Shown here one piece after another: positions 18,715-27,366 of a stretch of DNA of 64,000 nucleotides. A model generated the notes under the pieces. The model saw only the letters and a program-made list of their open reading frames with translations, was not told the origin of the DNA and searched no databases. This DNA comes from Opitutales bacterium (GTDB lineage: Bacteria; Verrucomicrobiota; Verrucomicrobiia; Opitutales; UBA2987). The position numbers were made by a program, and so were the translations under genes. Numbering within the stretch: position 1 is the stretch's first letter; the number at the start of each line of letters is the position of its first letter. Location: contig CBDDEL010000010.1 in assembly GCA_965226885.1 (NCBI GenBank), positions 361,168 through 425,167 of the forward strand, in the 5' to 3' direction.

Positions 18715-20220
18715 GTGTATCGAGATATGAAGCAATGGACAAGAGTGCGGCACAAAGTGCTGCGGGACAAGCAGAGCAAGCGCTCTGTAATGCGAGAAGA
18801 GGGACTGCACTGGGAGACCCTGGGAAAGATGCTGGCCTATTCCCAGCCGCCGGGATACCGGCGCAAGAAGAGGCGAGAGCGCAAGATCGATCCGTATGTG
18901 GGCTGGATCGAGGAGGTGCTCAAAGCGGACCGGAACGTGCCCAAGAAGCAGCGCCATACGGCCAAACGGATCTACCAGCGTTTGGGTCGGAAGAAGGGCT
19001 ACCAAGGGGGCTACACGGCGGTCAAGGAGGTGGTGGCCGAGCTGCGAGCGAGGCGGCGGGAAGTGTTCGTGCCGCTGGAGCACCGCCCCGGGGAGGGACA
19101 GGTGGACTTCGGTCATGCCCTGGTGAAGGAGGCGGGGCAATTGCGTAGGCGGCCATTTTTTGCCATGAGCCTGCCCTACAGCGATGCCTTTTTCGTGCAG
19201 GTGTTCGAACGGGAGTGCACGGAGAGCTTCTGGGAGGGGCACCTGCGAGCTTTTGAGTTTTTCGGGGCGGTGCCCCGGCGCATCAGCTATGACAACTCGA
19301 AGGTGGCGGTGGGTAAGATTATCGGTTCGCGTGAACGCAAGCTGACCGACGGGTTTCTGCAGCTACAGAGCCATTACCTGTTCGAGGAACACTTCTGTCT
19401 GCCCGCCCGGCCCAACGAGAAGGGCGTGGTCGAGGGGATCGTGCGTTATGCCCGGGCCAACTTCCTGGTACCGGTACCGCAGGTTCGGGACCTGGAGGAA
19501 CTCAACGCAAAGCTGTTGGAGGCATGTGAGCGGGACATGGAGCGTAAATTACGCGGGAAAAGGGCGGTGAAAAAGGAACTGCTGGCCGAGGAGCGCGCCG
19601 TCATGCTGGCGTTGCCGCCCATACCCTTTGAAGCGAGCCGCAAACGCTCGACCTGCGTCAGCAGCCTCTCGCTGGTGCGCTTCGAGTGCAACGACTATTC
19701 GGTGCCGGTGCGCTGCGCCCACCATCCGGTGGTGGTGGAAGGGTCCTGTCGGCAGGTGGTGATCTTCTGTGGGGGCCAAGAGGTGGCCCGGCACCGCCGC
19801 ATTTGGGATAAAGAGCAAGTCTCTTTCGAGCCGGTGCACTACCTGGCTTTGCTGGAGAAAAAACCGGGCGCTTTGGACTTCGCCCGCCCACTCTCGGGCT
19901 GGCAGTTGCCGCAGTGCCTGCAGGTCCTCAGACGCCGGCTCGAAAGCCAATGCGGGGGCGAAGGCACCCGGGAGTATATCCGGGTGCTGCGGCTGTTGGA
20001 GAAACACCCCATGGCGGCCTTGCAGCAGGCCGTCGTCTCGGCCCTGCGGGAGGGGGGACTGACTCGTGAGGCCATCGCCCAGTATCTCTATCCTCAGGAA
20101 GACTACGGGAGCAGAACCTTCCGGCTGGACGGCCATCCACACCTGCGTCACGTCCGTGTGGCCGCCCCTGACCTCGGTGCCTACAGCGAACTGCTCAAGA
20201 TTCCAGGAGGGGCTTTATGA
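18715..20220 (+). CDS. istA: IS21-family transposase IstA (intact)
   Basis: 501-aa ORF. Its stop overlaps the istB ATG (ATGA at 20217-20220), as is canonical for IS21. DDE-type core (..GEGQVDFG.., ..SYDNSK.., ..PNEKGVVEG..). Confidence 0.85.
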   Translation: MYRDMKQWTRVRHKVLRDKQSKRSVMREEGLHWETLGKMLAYSQPPGYRRKKRRERKIDPYVGWIEEVLKADRNVPKKQRHTAKRIYQRLGRKKGYQGGYTAVKEVVAELRARRREVFVPLEHRPGEGQVDFGHALVKEAGQLRRRPFFAMSLPYSDAFFVQVFERECTESFWEGHLRAFEFFGAVPRRISYDNSKVAVGKIIGSRERKLTDGFLQLQSHYLFEEHFCLPARPNEKGVVEGIVRYARANFLVPVPQVRDLEELNAKLLEACERDMERKLRGKRAVKKELLAEERAVMLALPPIPFEASRKRSTCVSSLSLVRFECNDYSVPVRCAHHPVVVEGSCRQVVIFCGGQEVARHRRIWDKEQVSFEPVHYLALLEKKPGALDFARPLSGWQLPQCLQVLRRRLESQCGGEGTREYIRVLRLLEKHPMAALQQAVVSALREGGLTREAIAQYLYPQEDYGSRTFRLDGHPHLRHVRVAAPDLGAYSELLKIPGGAL

Positions 20221-21041
20221 AGGAAGAAAAAAACCAGCTGCTGTTACACCATCACCTCAAGAAACTGAAGTTGCCCACCATCCTGCGCGAATGGCCGGCG
20301 GTGACCCCGAAGAAACGGATCCGCCGGCCCTGGGCACAGGCGGCAAAGCCCAGGGCGGTGGCCAGGTGCGTTTTACCGGTACCGGCGTTACCGAGGAGCA
20401 GCACGTTTTCGCGCTGGTCGACATACTCCCCGCGCATGAGCTCTCGGATGAGCGCTTCGTTGATCGAGGGCTGCGCTTCAAAGGCGAAGCTCTCGAGGGT
20501 CTTGAGCACGGGGAAACGGGCGTTTTTGATCCGCCGCTGGGCGGCCCGCTGTTCGCGTTCAATGAGCTCCCGTTCGACCAGATGCAACAAAAAGGCGGCG
20601 TAATCGAGCCGGTCCCGGGAACAAGCCGCGGCCACCGCCCTGGGCTTTGCCGCCTGTGCCCAGGGCCGGCGGATCCGTTTCTTCGGGGTCACCGCCCTGG
20701 TTACCCATATGCTCGAGCAACGCGACAACCACGACCTGCAGCGCTTCATGAAGCAACTCGAAAGGCTCGACCTACTCATCCTCGACGAACTCGGTTACGT
20801 CCCTTTTTCCAAGACCGGTTCCGAACTGCTCTTCGACGTGGTCAGCCGCGCTTACGAGCGCACCAGTCTCATCGTCACCACCAACCTGCCCTTTGAGAAC
20901 TGGATCGAAGTGCTCGGTTCCGAACGGCTCACCGGAGCTCTGCTGGACCGACTCACCCATCGGGTGCATATCCTCGAAGCCAACGGGCAAAGCTACCGCT
21001 TGCGCGATGCTCGACGCCGTCGCCGTGGCACAAAACAATAA
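20217..21041 (+). pseudogene. istB: IS21 helper ATPase IstB disrupted by an internal inversion-duplication
   Basis: The first 27 and last ~110 codons match intact IstB of copy B2. The block 20301-20635, which includes the Walker A GNAGTGKT, reads sense only on the minus strand. A 57-bp extra copy follows at 20636-20692. Confidence 0.85.
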
Positions 21042-21545
21042 ACGCCTTGGGCCCGGCTCGTCGGCCTCCGGCCTCCTCACCGACCCCAAGCCAATCCCCA
21101 AAACCAACTCCCAAACCCTAAACCTTGACGTACCTGCAATTACTAACCTAGACCTTATTCCAAGCGTACCGGTTTTACCCCGACCCCCGTACCGGTTTCA
21201 TCCCGGCGTTTACATCCAATAGCAATAACGAGCCAAACTTTACCCTTCATGAAATATCCGGGTTAACGCTTAAACCGATTACGGGCAGCTGTTGCCTGAC
21301 CACTAAATCATGGTTTGAAAGTCCATAAAAGGGCCTTTGGACCCGATTCCCGATTATTGTCTCAAGTTGCCCTTTTTATTGGTCTCCAAAGGAGACCACG
21401 GTCCCGGCCATATTCAATTTACCCGGACTCTGGGTGATTACCGATTTAACCTCAAAATTTGATCACGAACAGGGTACCCTCAGACATAAAACGATGCAAA
21501 TCCCCCCACTCACCAAATAATTTTTAGTAGCTGTGTATTTAAGTC

Positions 21546-22595
21546 ATGATAAAAAATATAATGACACAGGATCCTGAACTTTTCGAAAAAATTCACCACC
21601 AGGATGACATTATTCGGAATCGCAAAATGAATCTTAAAGTTGCCCGCGCTGAGAAATTTTTCAAGCAACGAGAGGCAAAGGCCAATGGCTCGAAAAATCC
21701 TCCGGTAAAAAAGCCAAAAAAGGAACCCGCGACTACAGAGGAAAGAGCCAAAAAGAAGACCTCACTTACCCGCACCCTTCCGGCCCATGCCAAAATCGTT
21801 CAAGGGCCCCTTCTACGGCAATTTCAGGATGATTCAGTAAACGGGAACGGCAATATGAAGACCGTGGAGTTTACAGCAGATGATGAAATGGATCTGTCCA
21901 TGGAAATGCTCAATATTTTCCAGGGAGTTTCCGAAAAATTGCTCTCAGGCTCCAGTCTCGGTCCATTTAAGGCAGACTTTGTCAAATTATTCTCCACCCT
22001 TGATGAGAAAAACGCTCTTTTTGAGGCCATGCATTTACTATATGAGAAGCATCGCCTGTTCCCGTTGTTAAAGGCCCGGGCACATGTAACAAGCTATCTT
22101 ATAAAATGTGCCCAACGCCAGGACTTGACACCGGCTGAAGCGCTTGCCTTCTATAAAATTTTCGGCGATGAGAGCGCCTCGATCCGTGCATCATTGAAGG
22201 AATTCTCCGCCGCTCCACTTAAAGATGTTGAAGCCCTCCTGGAAAAAATCGATTCGAACGACGCAGGCAATCTACGCGATTTAGTAAAACAATTCGCTGG
22301 GACGACTCCGCAGGGCAGAGAAATCATCCGGAGAGTGTTCTATGAGCTCAAACTGAAGGTAGATAAAGCACAGGCAGCAGAAGAAAAGCCCTCCAATGAA
22401 AATGAACCCGAAACGGAATCAGACCAGGATCCTGCTGATCAAAACCAAGATTCCGGGAAGAAGGAGGAGACGATAATGACCGCTGAACCAGCAACAACGG
22501 TAGCAGCCGATCCGGAATGTCCTCCTTCAACCCCTCCATGCCAAGGGACTGGTAACATCAAAAATACCCGGCCTGCTGGCATCTTTGCGGCATGA
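21546..22595 (+). CDS. Hypothetical protein (lysine-rich N-terminus, acidic low-complexity C-terminus)
   Basis: 349-aa ORF with no overlapping alternative of similar length. I recognise no family motif. Confidence 0.45.
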   Translation: MIKNIMTQDPELFEKIHHQDDIIRNRKMNLKVARAEKFFKQREAKANGSKNPPVKKPKKEPATTEERAKKKTSLTRTLPAHAKIVQGPLLRQFQDDSVNGNGNMKTVEFTADDEMDLSMEMLNIFQGVSEKLLSGSSLGPFKADFVKLFSTLDEKNALFEAMHLLYEKHRLFPLLKARAHVTSYLIKCAQRQDLTPAEALAFYKIFGDESASIRASLKEFSAAPLKDVEALLEKIDSNDAGNLRDLVKQFAGTTPQGREIIRRVFYELKLKVDKAQAAEEKPSNENEPETESDQDPADQNQDSGKKEETIMTAEPATTVAADPECPPSTPPCQGTGNIKNTRPAGIFAA

Positions 22596-22623
22596 TTCAG
22601 GCGGCGACCCCTACAAACATCAC

Positions 22624-22710
22624 TTTTTTGGCCGAATCGAGCAAAAACATACTCTTTCCTGCTCTTTATATTAACGTTATCCTATTGACTATAAAATTTT
22701 ATAATATTAA
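22624..22710 (-). mobile_element. Diverged relic of the transposase-proximal arm of an IS type C-like element
   Basis: ttttttggccgaatcgagcaaaaacatactctttcctgctctttata..ttgactataaaatttt parallels 36331-36415 of copy C2. The terminal GGGACAGCCTC is absent. Confidence 0.5.
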
Positions 22711-22842
22711 ATAACCACAAAGCTGAGTCATGGTGCTTCCTACCGTTGTTTCTTCCCGGTCAAATCTTCCTCCCGGACGACATAGGCCCTAATCACAGGC
22801 TGAGGTCCGAGACCCCTGGTAGCATTAATAAAGGGTAGTGTA

Positions 22843-23315
22843 TTAAGTAGGAATGGTGGCTAATTCTTGATTATATTGATGAATGAAAAGTCTCAGACAG
22901 GTTTCATGCATACTCTTAAGCTTGGAAAAGGAGAGGGTTTTGCGTGTGAAACGACCCAGTCGTTGGCGCAGGGTATTGTTCCATCGTTCCACATGGGCCG
23001 TTTCACCGGTTTCTTTTCCCACGGATCGGTTATGAGGAAAGACTTCATCATAAGTGCTCCAAAAGTCGCTGTAGGTGGCACATCTTTTGTAGGCCCGTGG
23101 CAGACGCTCGTAAAGTTCCCGGCAACGATACCAATCCCGAGGCCCAATGGCATAGGAGAGGATTTGACGGGTGCGTCGGCAAAGAGCGATCCAAACCCAT
23201 TGGGCATCGCTCTTGCGCCCCACAAAAGACCACAGTTCGTCCAGTTCAATGACATCATGGCGGCGGGCCGCAAGAATCGTGCTTTTGAGCGGTCGCAGCG
23301 ATTGTCGTTTTTTTT
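22843..23315 (-). CDS. insB: IS1-family InsB reading frame (in the +1 frame relative to insA)
   Basis: Open from the A8 run. ..ELDELWSFVGRKSDAQWVWIALCRRTRQIL.., ..ATYSDFWSTYDEVFP.., ..ETAHVERWNNTLRQRLGRFTRKTLSFSK.. are IS1 InsB-like. Confidence 0.8.
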
Positions 23316-23560
23316 AACCAACTCAAAACGGTGTTGGGACTCACCCCGAAGGCGCGCTGTAAACCGCGTAGACTGCTGCGTTCCTGATAGACTCGAAGGA
23401 TCATTTCTTTTTGCTCTTCGGTGTATTTCACTGTGGGGTTTTCGCGGCTTTGTTTACCACAATCATGGCAGCGGTAGCGCTGTTTATGGTTGGGCGTCTT
23501 GCCAAATTTAATGATATTTTCACTTCCACAGTGCCGACAATTAATAATTTTAGTAACCAT
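23255..23560 (-). CDS. insA: IS1-family InsA (zinc-finger/HTH)
   Basis: CRHCGSENIIKFGK..RYRCHDCGKQ zinc-finger motif followed by an HTH (SLRGLQRAFGVSPNTVLSWLKK). Confidence 0.85.
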   Translation of the reverse strand: MVTKIINCRHCGSENIIKFGKTPNHKQRYRCHDCGKQSRENPTVKYTEEQKEMILRVYQERSSLRGLQRAFGVSPNTVLSWLKKTTIAATAQKHDSCGPPP

Positions 23561-24137
23561 GCACTAAGAATAAACTGCCTAACGCTATTTGTACAGCTAA
23601 AAATACAAAATAACATTCTTTTTTTATACACTACCTAATAAAGTTATCATTAGTGTAGTCCGAAATGACAATCGTCCCGTCGCTCATCTGCGTCCAGTTG
23701 CTGTAACCGGAATCGCTCGAATAATCCATGACAACCAGGCGATCACGACGAAACTGGTCCGGGTAGCCATCCCTGGCATGCCATCTCCAATCGATCGAAT
23801 AGTCGTCCGGGTTGTTTACTTTGGCGGAGACCGATCTCCAATGCGACACAGTCTTGAGTTTGCTTCCAAACCGAACCAGGCGCGACTCAATACCCAAAAC
23901 CGACCTCTGTAACTTAAGTTGACCGTCGATATAAACCTGCATCTCCCCAGCATCGCGAACGATTCTATAACGATGCCACTGTGTTGTATCCATCTCAACA
24001 CCTTCTTCGGAGGCATGTGGCGCCACTTCGTCCAACGCAGCGCCGGTAGCATCAACGGAAGAAATCTGTTGAAAACGATGAGGAAGAGGTAGTGTTAACA
24101 TGACGAATGTTTGATATTGCTGTTGTATTCCCAGATG

Positions 24138-24941
24138 GGTAGTGTATAAAAAAAGAATGTTATTTTGTATTTTTAGCTGTACAAATAGCGTTAGGCAGTT
24201 TATTTTTAGTGCATGGTTACTAAAATTATTAATTGTCGGCACTGTGGAAGTGAAAATATCATTAAATTTGGCAAGACGCCCAACCATAAACAGCGCTACC
24301 GCTGCCATGATTGTGGTAAACAAAGCCGCGAAAACCCCACAGTGAAATACACCGAAGAGCAAAAAGAAATGATCCTTCGAGTCTATCAGGAACGCAGCAG
24401 TCTACGCGGTTTACAGCGCGCCTTCGGGGTGAGTCCCAACACCGTTTTGAGTTGGTTAAAAAAAACGACAATCGCTGCGACCGCTCAAAAGCACGATTCT
24501 TGCGGCCCGCCGCCATGATGTCATTGAACTGGACGAACTGTGGTCTTTTGTGGGGCGCAAGAGCGATGCCCAATGGGTTTGGATCGCTCTTTGCCGACGC
24601 ACCCGTCAAATCCTCTCCTATGCCATTGGGCCTCGGGATTGGTATCGTTGCCGGGAACTTTACGAGCGTCTGCCACGGGCCTACAAAAGATGTGCCACCT
24701 ACAGCGACTTTTGGAGCACTTATGATGAAGTCTTTCCTCATAACCGATCCGTGGGAAAAGAAACCGGTGAAACGGCCCATGTGGAACGATGGAACAATAC
24801 CCTGCGCCAACGACTGGGTCGTTTCACACGCAAAACCCTCTCCTTTTCCAAGCTTTTAAGAGTATGCATGAAACCTGTCTGAGACTTTTCATTCATCAAT
24901 ATAATCAAGAATTAGCCACCATTCCTACTTAATACACTGCC
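24138..24941 (+). mobile_element. IS1-family type E, copy E2 (804 bp), defective
   Basis: 8-bp direct repeat CCCAGATG at 24130-24137 and 24942-24949, inside F1. A 2-bp insertion (aagcTTttaag, ~24855) truncates InsB. The right terminal repeat has an A-to-G change (..CACTGCC). Confidence 0.85.
24213..24518 (+). CDS. insA: IS1-family InsA (copy E2)
   Basis: Identical 101-aa product to E1 and E3 InsA. Confidence 0.85.
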   Translation: MVTKIINCRHCGSENIIKFGKTPNHKQRYRCHDCGKQSRENPTVKYTEEQKEMILRVYQERSSLRGLQRAFGVSPNTVLSWLKKTTIAATAQKHDSCGPPP

Positions 24942-25382
24942 CCCAGATGAACAAGCACAGGACGCGAAAATGCATGACCAAAGACTTCGAGAATGACAGC
25001 GTTTTACGCACATAGCGTGACAGGGACTGTCGCAAGGTATTGTTCCAGCGTTCGATATGGGCGGTTTGGCCGGATTGTTTCCCGCTGGCGCTGTTGTGAG
25101 GGAAAACCTTGTCGTAGCTTTCCCAGTAATCGCTTACGGTGGCACAGTCGCGATAGGGCTGGGCGATGTTGTGATACAACTGCCAGCACGTTTGATCGCT
25201 ACGATCACCCAGAGAAAACCCGACGACCTGTCGGGTACGTCGACACAAGGCTACCCATAGCCATACCTGCCCCGAACGCTTATCGCCCCAGAATGACCAC
25301 ACCTCGTCCAGTTCCAGCACATCACTACACTGGCGGGCAAGCAGAGTGGACTCCAGCTTCGGCAAACTCAGGACTTTTTTTT
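24925..25382 (-). CDS. insB: IS1-family InsB frame (type F, copy F1; -1 relative to insA; C-terminus altered by the E2 insertion)
   Basis: ..ELDEVWSFWGDKRSGQVWLWVALCRRTRQVV.., ..HIERWNNTLRQSLSRYVRKTLSFSK... The last residues differ from F2 because the E2 target CCCAGATG lies in the insB 3' end. Confidence 0.8.
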
Positions 25383-25631
25383 AATCCATTCGATGACCGT
25401 CTTTGGGGCTACCCCGAAGGTACGGTAAATGGCACGCAGGCTCATCCGGTTTTGGTGCGCACGGAGCACCTGCTTGACCAGCGCCGGAGGATGCTCACGA
25501 CTTTTGGGGTGAAGCCGAAACTGATAACCACACCCCTTGCATCGATACTTCTGAACCCCTTTCGGATCCTTGCCGTGCTTGATGATGTGATCGCTTCCGC
25601 ATTGAGGACATTTTACTGTGATATGGACCAT
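25368..25631 (-). CDS. insA: IS1-family InsA (type F, copy F1)
   Basis: CPQCGSDHIIKHGK..KYRCKGCGYQ zinc finger plus HTH. Ends ..EWIKKKS* right after the A8 run. Confidence 0.85.
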   Translation of the reverse strand: MVHITVKCPQCGSDHIIKHGKDPKGVQKYRCKGCGYQFRLHPKSREHPPALVKQVLRAHQNRMSLRAIYRTFGVAPKTVIEWIKKKS

Positions 25632-25801
25632 TCCCAGTTCACAACATAATCACGCTAAAAAGTACAGCTTAATCATTCAAAATGTTAACACTACCCCAAA
25701 TTTGAAGCTCGGAGCAACGTTTCTAGGGGAGGTGAACTTAATGGAATATGTCCTGCAAATTTGATATCCTGCTTCTGTGAAGCTATGGCAATCTCAGTTA
25801 G

Positions 25802-26425
25802 CCCGGATATTTCATGAAGGGTAAAGTTTGGCTCGTTATTGCTATTGGAGATGGATTTCTTTGTATTTTGAGCAGATCGTCTTGATTTTTAGGTGTTTTT
25901 CAGGGTGTAGAGACACTGCCCCCTTTCCCCCATTGGTTCGGTAGTGCCGGGGGCAGCACCAATGCACCCTTTAGGTTGGCACCAATCGGCGGGCCGCATG
26001 GTTGAAAAGACTGGCCCAAGGATAACTCTCACTTAGGTGAAAGTGAATCGTTCGGGTGTTGCGCACGATGACCGCTCCGATCTTGATTAATTTGAGCCGC
26101 AGGGTGTGGCATTGGGCCCGCGCCCACTTCGTCCCTTTTAAGGCTAACCGGCGCATGGCTTCCATCAAGGTGTAGGCCAGCGCCGACAAGAGCAATCGCC
26201 ACTGATTGGCCCACCATTGATGGGCGCTGGTGCGCTCGCTGAACAATTGCATCTGTTCCTTGATTCGGTTCTCCATTTCACCGCGGCCACAGTATACCTT
26301 GTCGTAAAGCTCCTGGGGATCGCCCGGCAGGTTCGTCACCACGAAGCGCGGGTTGGACCCCTGTGCGGTGTGTTCGGCTTTATGGATGACCAACCGCAGC
26401 CATCGCCACGAATCGGCAGCATAGA
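25802..26425 (-). mobile_element. IS1380-family type A, copy A3: right-end fragment only (624 bp)
   Basis: Starts with CCCGGATATTTCATGAAGG after a TTAG flank. Collinear with other A copies up to ..ggcagcataga, where the IS21 copy B2 terminus begins. Confidence 0.85.
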
Positions 26426-26598
26426 TGTAAACGCCGGGATGAAACCGGTACGGGGGTCGGGGTAAAACCGGTACGCTTGGAATAAGGTTTAGGTTAGTAA
26501 TTGCAGGTACGTCAAGGTTTAGGGTTTGGGAGTTGGTTTTGGGGATTGGCTTGGGGTCGGTGAGGAGGCCGGAGGCCGACGAGCCGGGCCCAAGGCGT

Positions 26599-27366
26599 TT
26601 ATTGTTTTGTGCCACGGCGACGGCGTCGAGCATCGCGCAAGCGGTAGCTTTGCCCGTTGGCTTCGAGGATATGCACCCGATGGGTGAGTCGGTCCAGCAG
26701 AGCTCCGGTGAGCCGTTCGGAACCGAGCACTTCGATCCAGTTCTCAAAGGGCAGGTTGGTGGTGACGATGAGACTGGTGCGCTCGTAAGCGCGGCTGACC
26801 ACGTCGAAGAGCAGTTCGGAACCGGTCTTGGAAAAAGGGACGTAACCGAGTTCGTCGAGGATGAGTAGGTCGAGCCTTTCGAGTTGCTTCATGAAGCGCT
26901 GCAGGTCGTGGTTGTCGCGTTGCTCGAGCATATGGGTAACCAGGGCGGTGACCCCGAAGAAACGGATCCGCCGGCCCTGGGCACAGGCGGCAAAGCCCAG
27001 GGCGGTGGCCAGGTGCGTTTTACCGGTACCGGCGTTACCGAGGAGCAGCACGTTTTCGCGCTGGTCGACATACTCCCCGCGCATGAGCTCTCGGATGAGC
27101 GCTTCGTTGATCGAGGGCTGCGCTTCAAAGGCGAAGCTCTCGAGGGTCTTGAGCACGGGGAAACGGGCGTTTTTGATCCGCCGCTGGGCGGCCCGCTGTT
27201 CGCGTTCAATGAGCTCCCGTTCGACCAGATGCAACAAAAAGGCGGCGTAATCGAGCCGGTCCCGGGAACAAGCCGCGGCCACCGCCGGCCATTCGCGCAG
27301 GATGGTGGGCAACTTCAGTTTCTTGAGGTGATGGTGTAACAGCAGCTGGTTTTTTTCTTCCTTCAT
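26599..27366 (-). CDS. istB: IS21 helper ATPase IstB (intact)
   Basis: 255-aa ORF with Walker A GNAGTGKTHL and Walker B LLILDELGY. Confidence 0.9.
   Translation of the reverse strand: MKEEKNQLLLHHHLKKLKLPTILREWPAVAAACSRDRLDYAAFLLHLVERELIEREQRAAQRRIKNARFPVLKTLESFAFEAQPSINEALIRELMRGEYVDQRENVLLLGNAGTGKTHLATALGFAACAQGRRIRFFGVTALVTHMLEQRDNHDLQRFMKQLERLDLLILDELGYVPFSKTGSELLFDVVSRAYERTSLIVTTNLPFENWIEVLGSERLTGALLDRLTHRVHILEANGQSYRLRDARRRRRGTKQ

Larger units (their letters stand above)
18641..21214 (+). mobile_element. IS21-family IS, copy B1 (2574 bp)
   Basis: Termini TGTAAACGCCGGG.. / ..CCCGGCGTTTACA with repeated ACCGGTAC(G) subterminal motifs. 8-bp direct repeat TCCAATAG at 18633-18640 and 21215-21222. 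istA-istB organisation. Confidence 0.9.
17114..21262 (+). mobile_element. IS1380-family type A, copy A2, carrying a nested IS21 element
   Basis: CCCGGATATTTC termini. 4-bp direct repeat TTAA at 17110-17113 and 21263-21266. The right non-coding arm is interrupted at 18640/18641. Confidence 0.9.
22834..23635 (-). mobile_element. IS1-family IS, type E, copy E1 (802 bp)
   Basis: Inverted termini GGTAGTGTAT / ATACACTACC. 8-bp direct repeat TAATAAAG at 22826-22833 and 23636-23643. Confidence 0.9.
22740..24087 (-). pseudogene. Fragment of a LamG/concanavalin-like domain protein: 5' end lost at IS F1, 3' end interrupted by IS E1
   Basis: The reading frame ..QWHRYRIVRDAGEMQVYIDGQLKL.. looks LamG-like. 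It runs from the F1 boundary (24087) to E1 (23636) and resumes in frame at 22833 (..DNFINATRGLG..KKQR*) once E1 and one 8-bp repeat are removed. Confidence 0.55.
24088..25695 (-). mobile_element. IS1-family IS, type F, copy F1, carrying nested copy E2
   Basis: Termini GGTAGTGTTAACATGACG.. (24088) and ..AATGTTAACACTACC (25695). Interrupted 50 bp from its end by E2. The outer flanks (GAGGAAGA vs CCAAATTT) do not form a duplication. Confidence 0.85.

Noticed and set aside
18697-20151. Long antisense or alternate-frame ORFs inside the IS21 copies (e.g. 18697-19242, 19549-20151 and 20066-20896, plus the mirror set in B2).
   Set aside because: They are products of GC-rich sequence overlapping istA/istB. 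20066-20896 also runs through the inverted istB block.
2934-21262. Copies A1 and A2 (inverted orientation) bracketing the 12.6-kb catabolic cluster as a composite transposon.
   Set aside because: Each copy has its own matching 4-bp duplication (TTAG/TTAG and TTAA/TTAA). A1 sits inside a gene whose two halves flank it. They are independent insertions.
21380-21398. A perfect palindrome TGGTCTCC-aaa-GGAGACCA about 150 bp upstream of the 349-aa hypothetical gene.
   Set aside because: An 8-bp stem with a 3-nt loop and no following T-run. I cannot tell whether it is an operator, a terminator or chance, so it is not annotated.
22834-24941. E1 and E2 (inverted IS1 copies) flanking a 500-bp gene fragment as a composite IS1 transposon.
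   Set aside because: E1 has its own TAATAAAG duplication and E2 its own CCCAGATG duplication inside F1, so they arrived separately.
25971-26747. A 258-aa ORF spanning A3 and B2, and similar chimeric ORFs at 62530-63420, 23631-24362, 36269-36514 and 33800-34600/34278-34655.
   Set aside because: They read across IS junctions and fuse unrelated sequences. They are junction artefacts, not genes.
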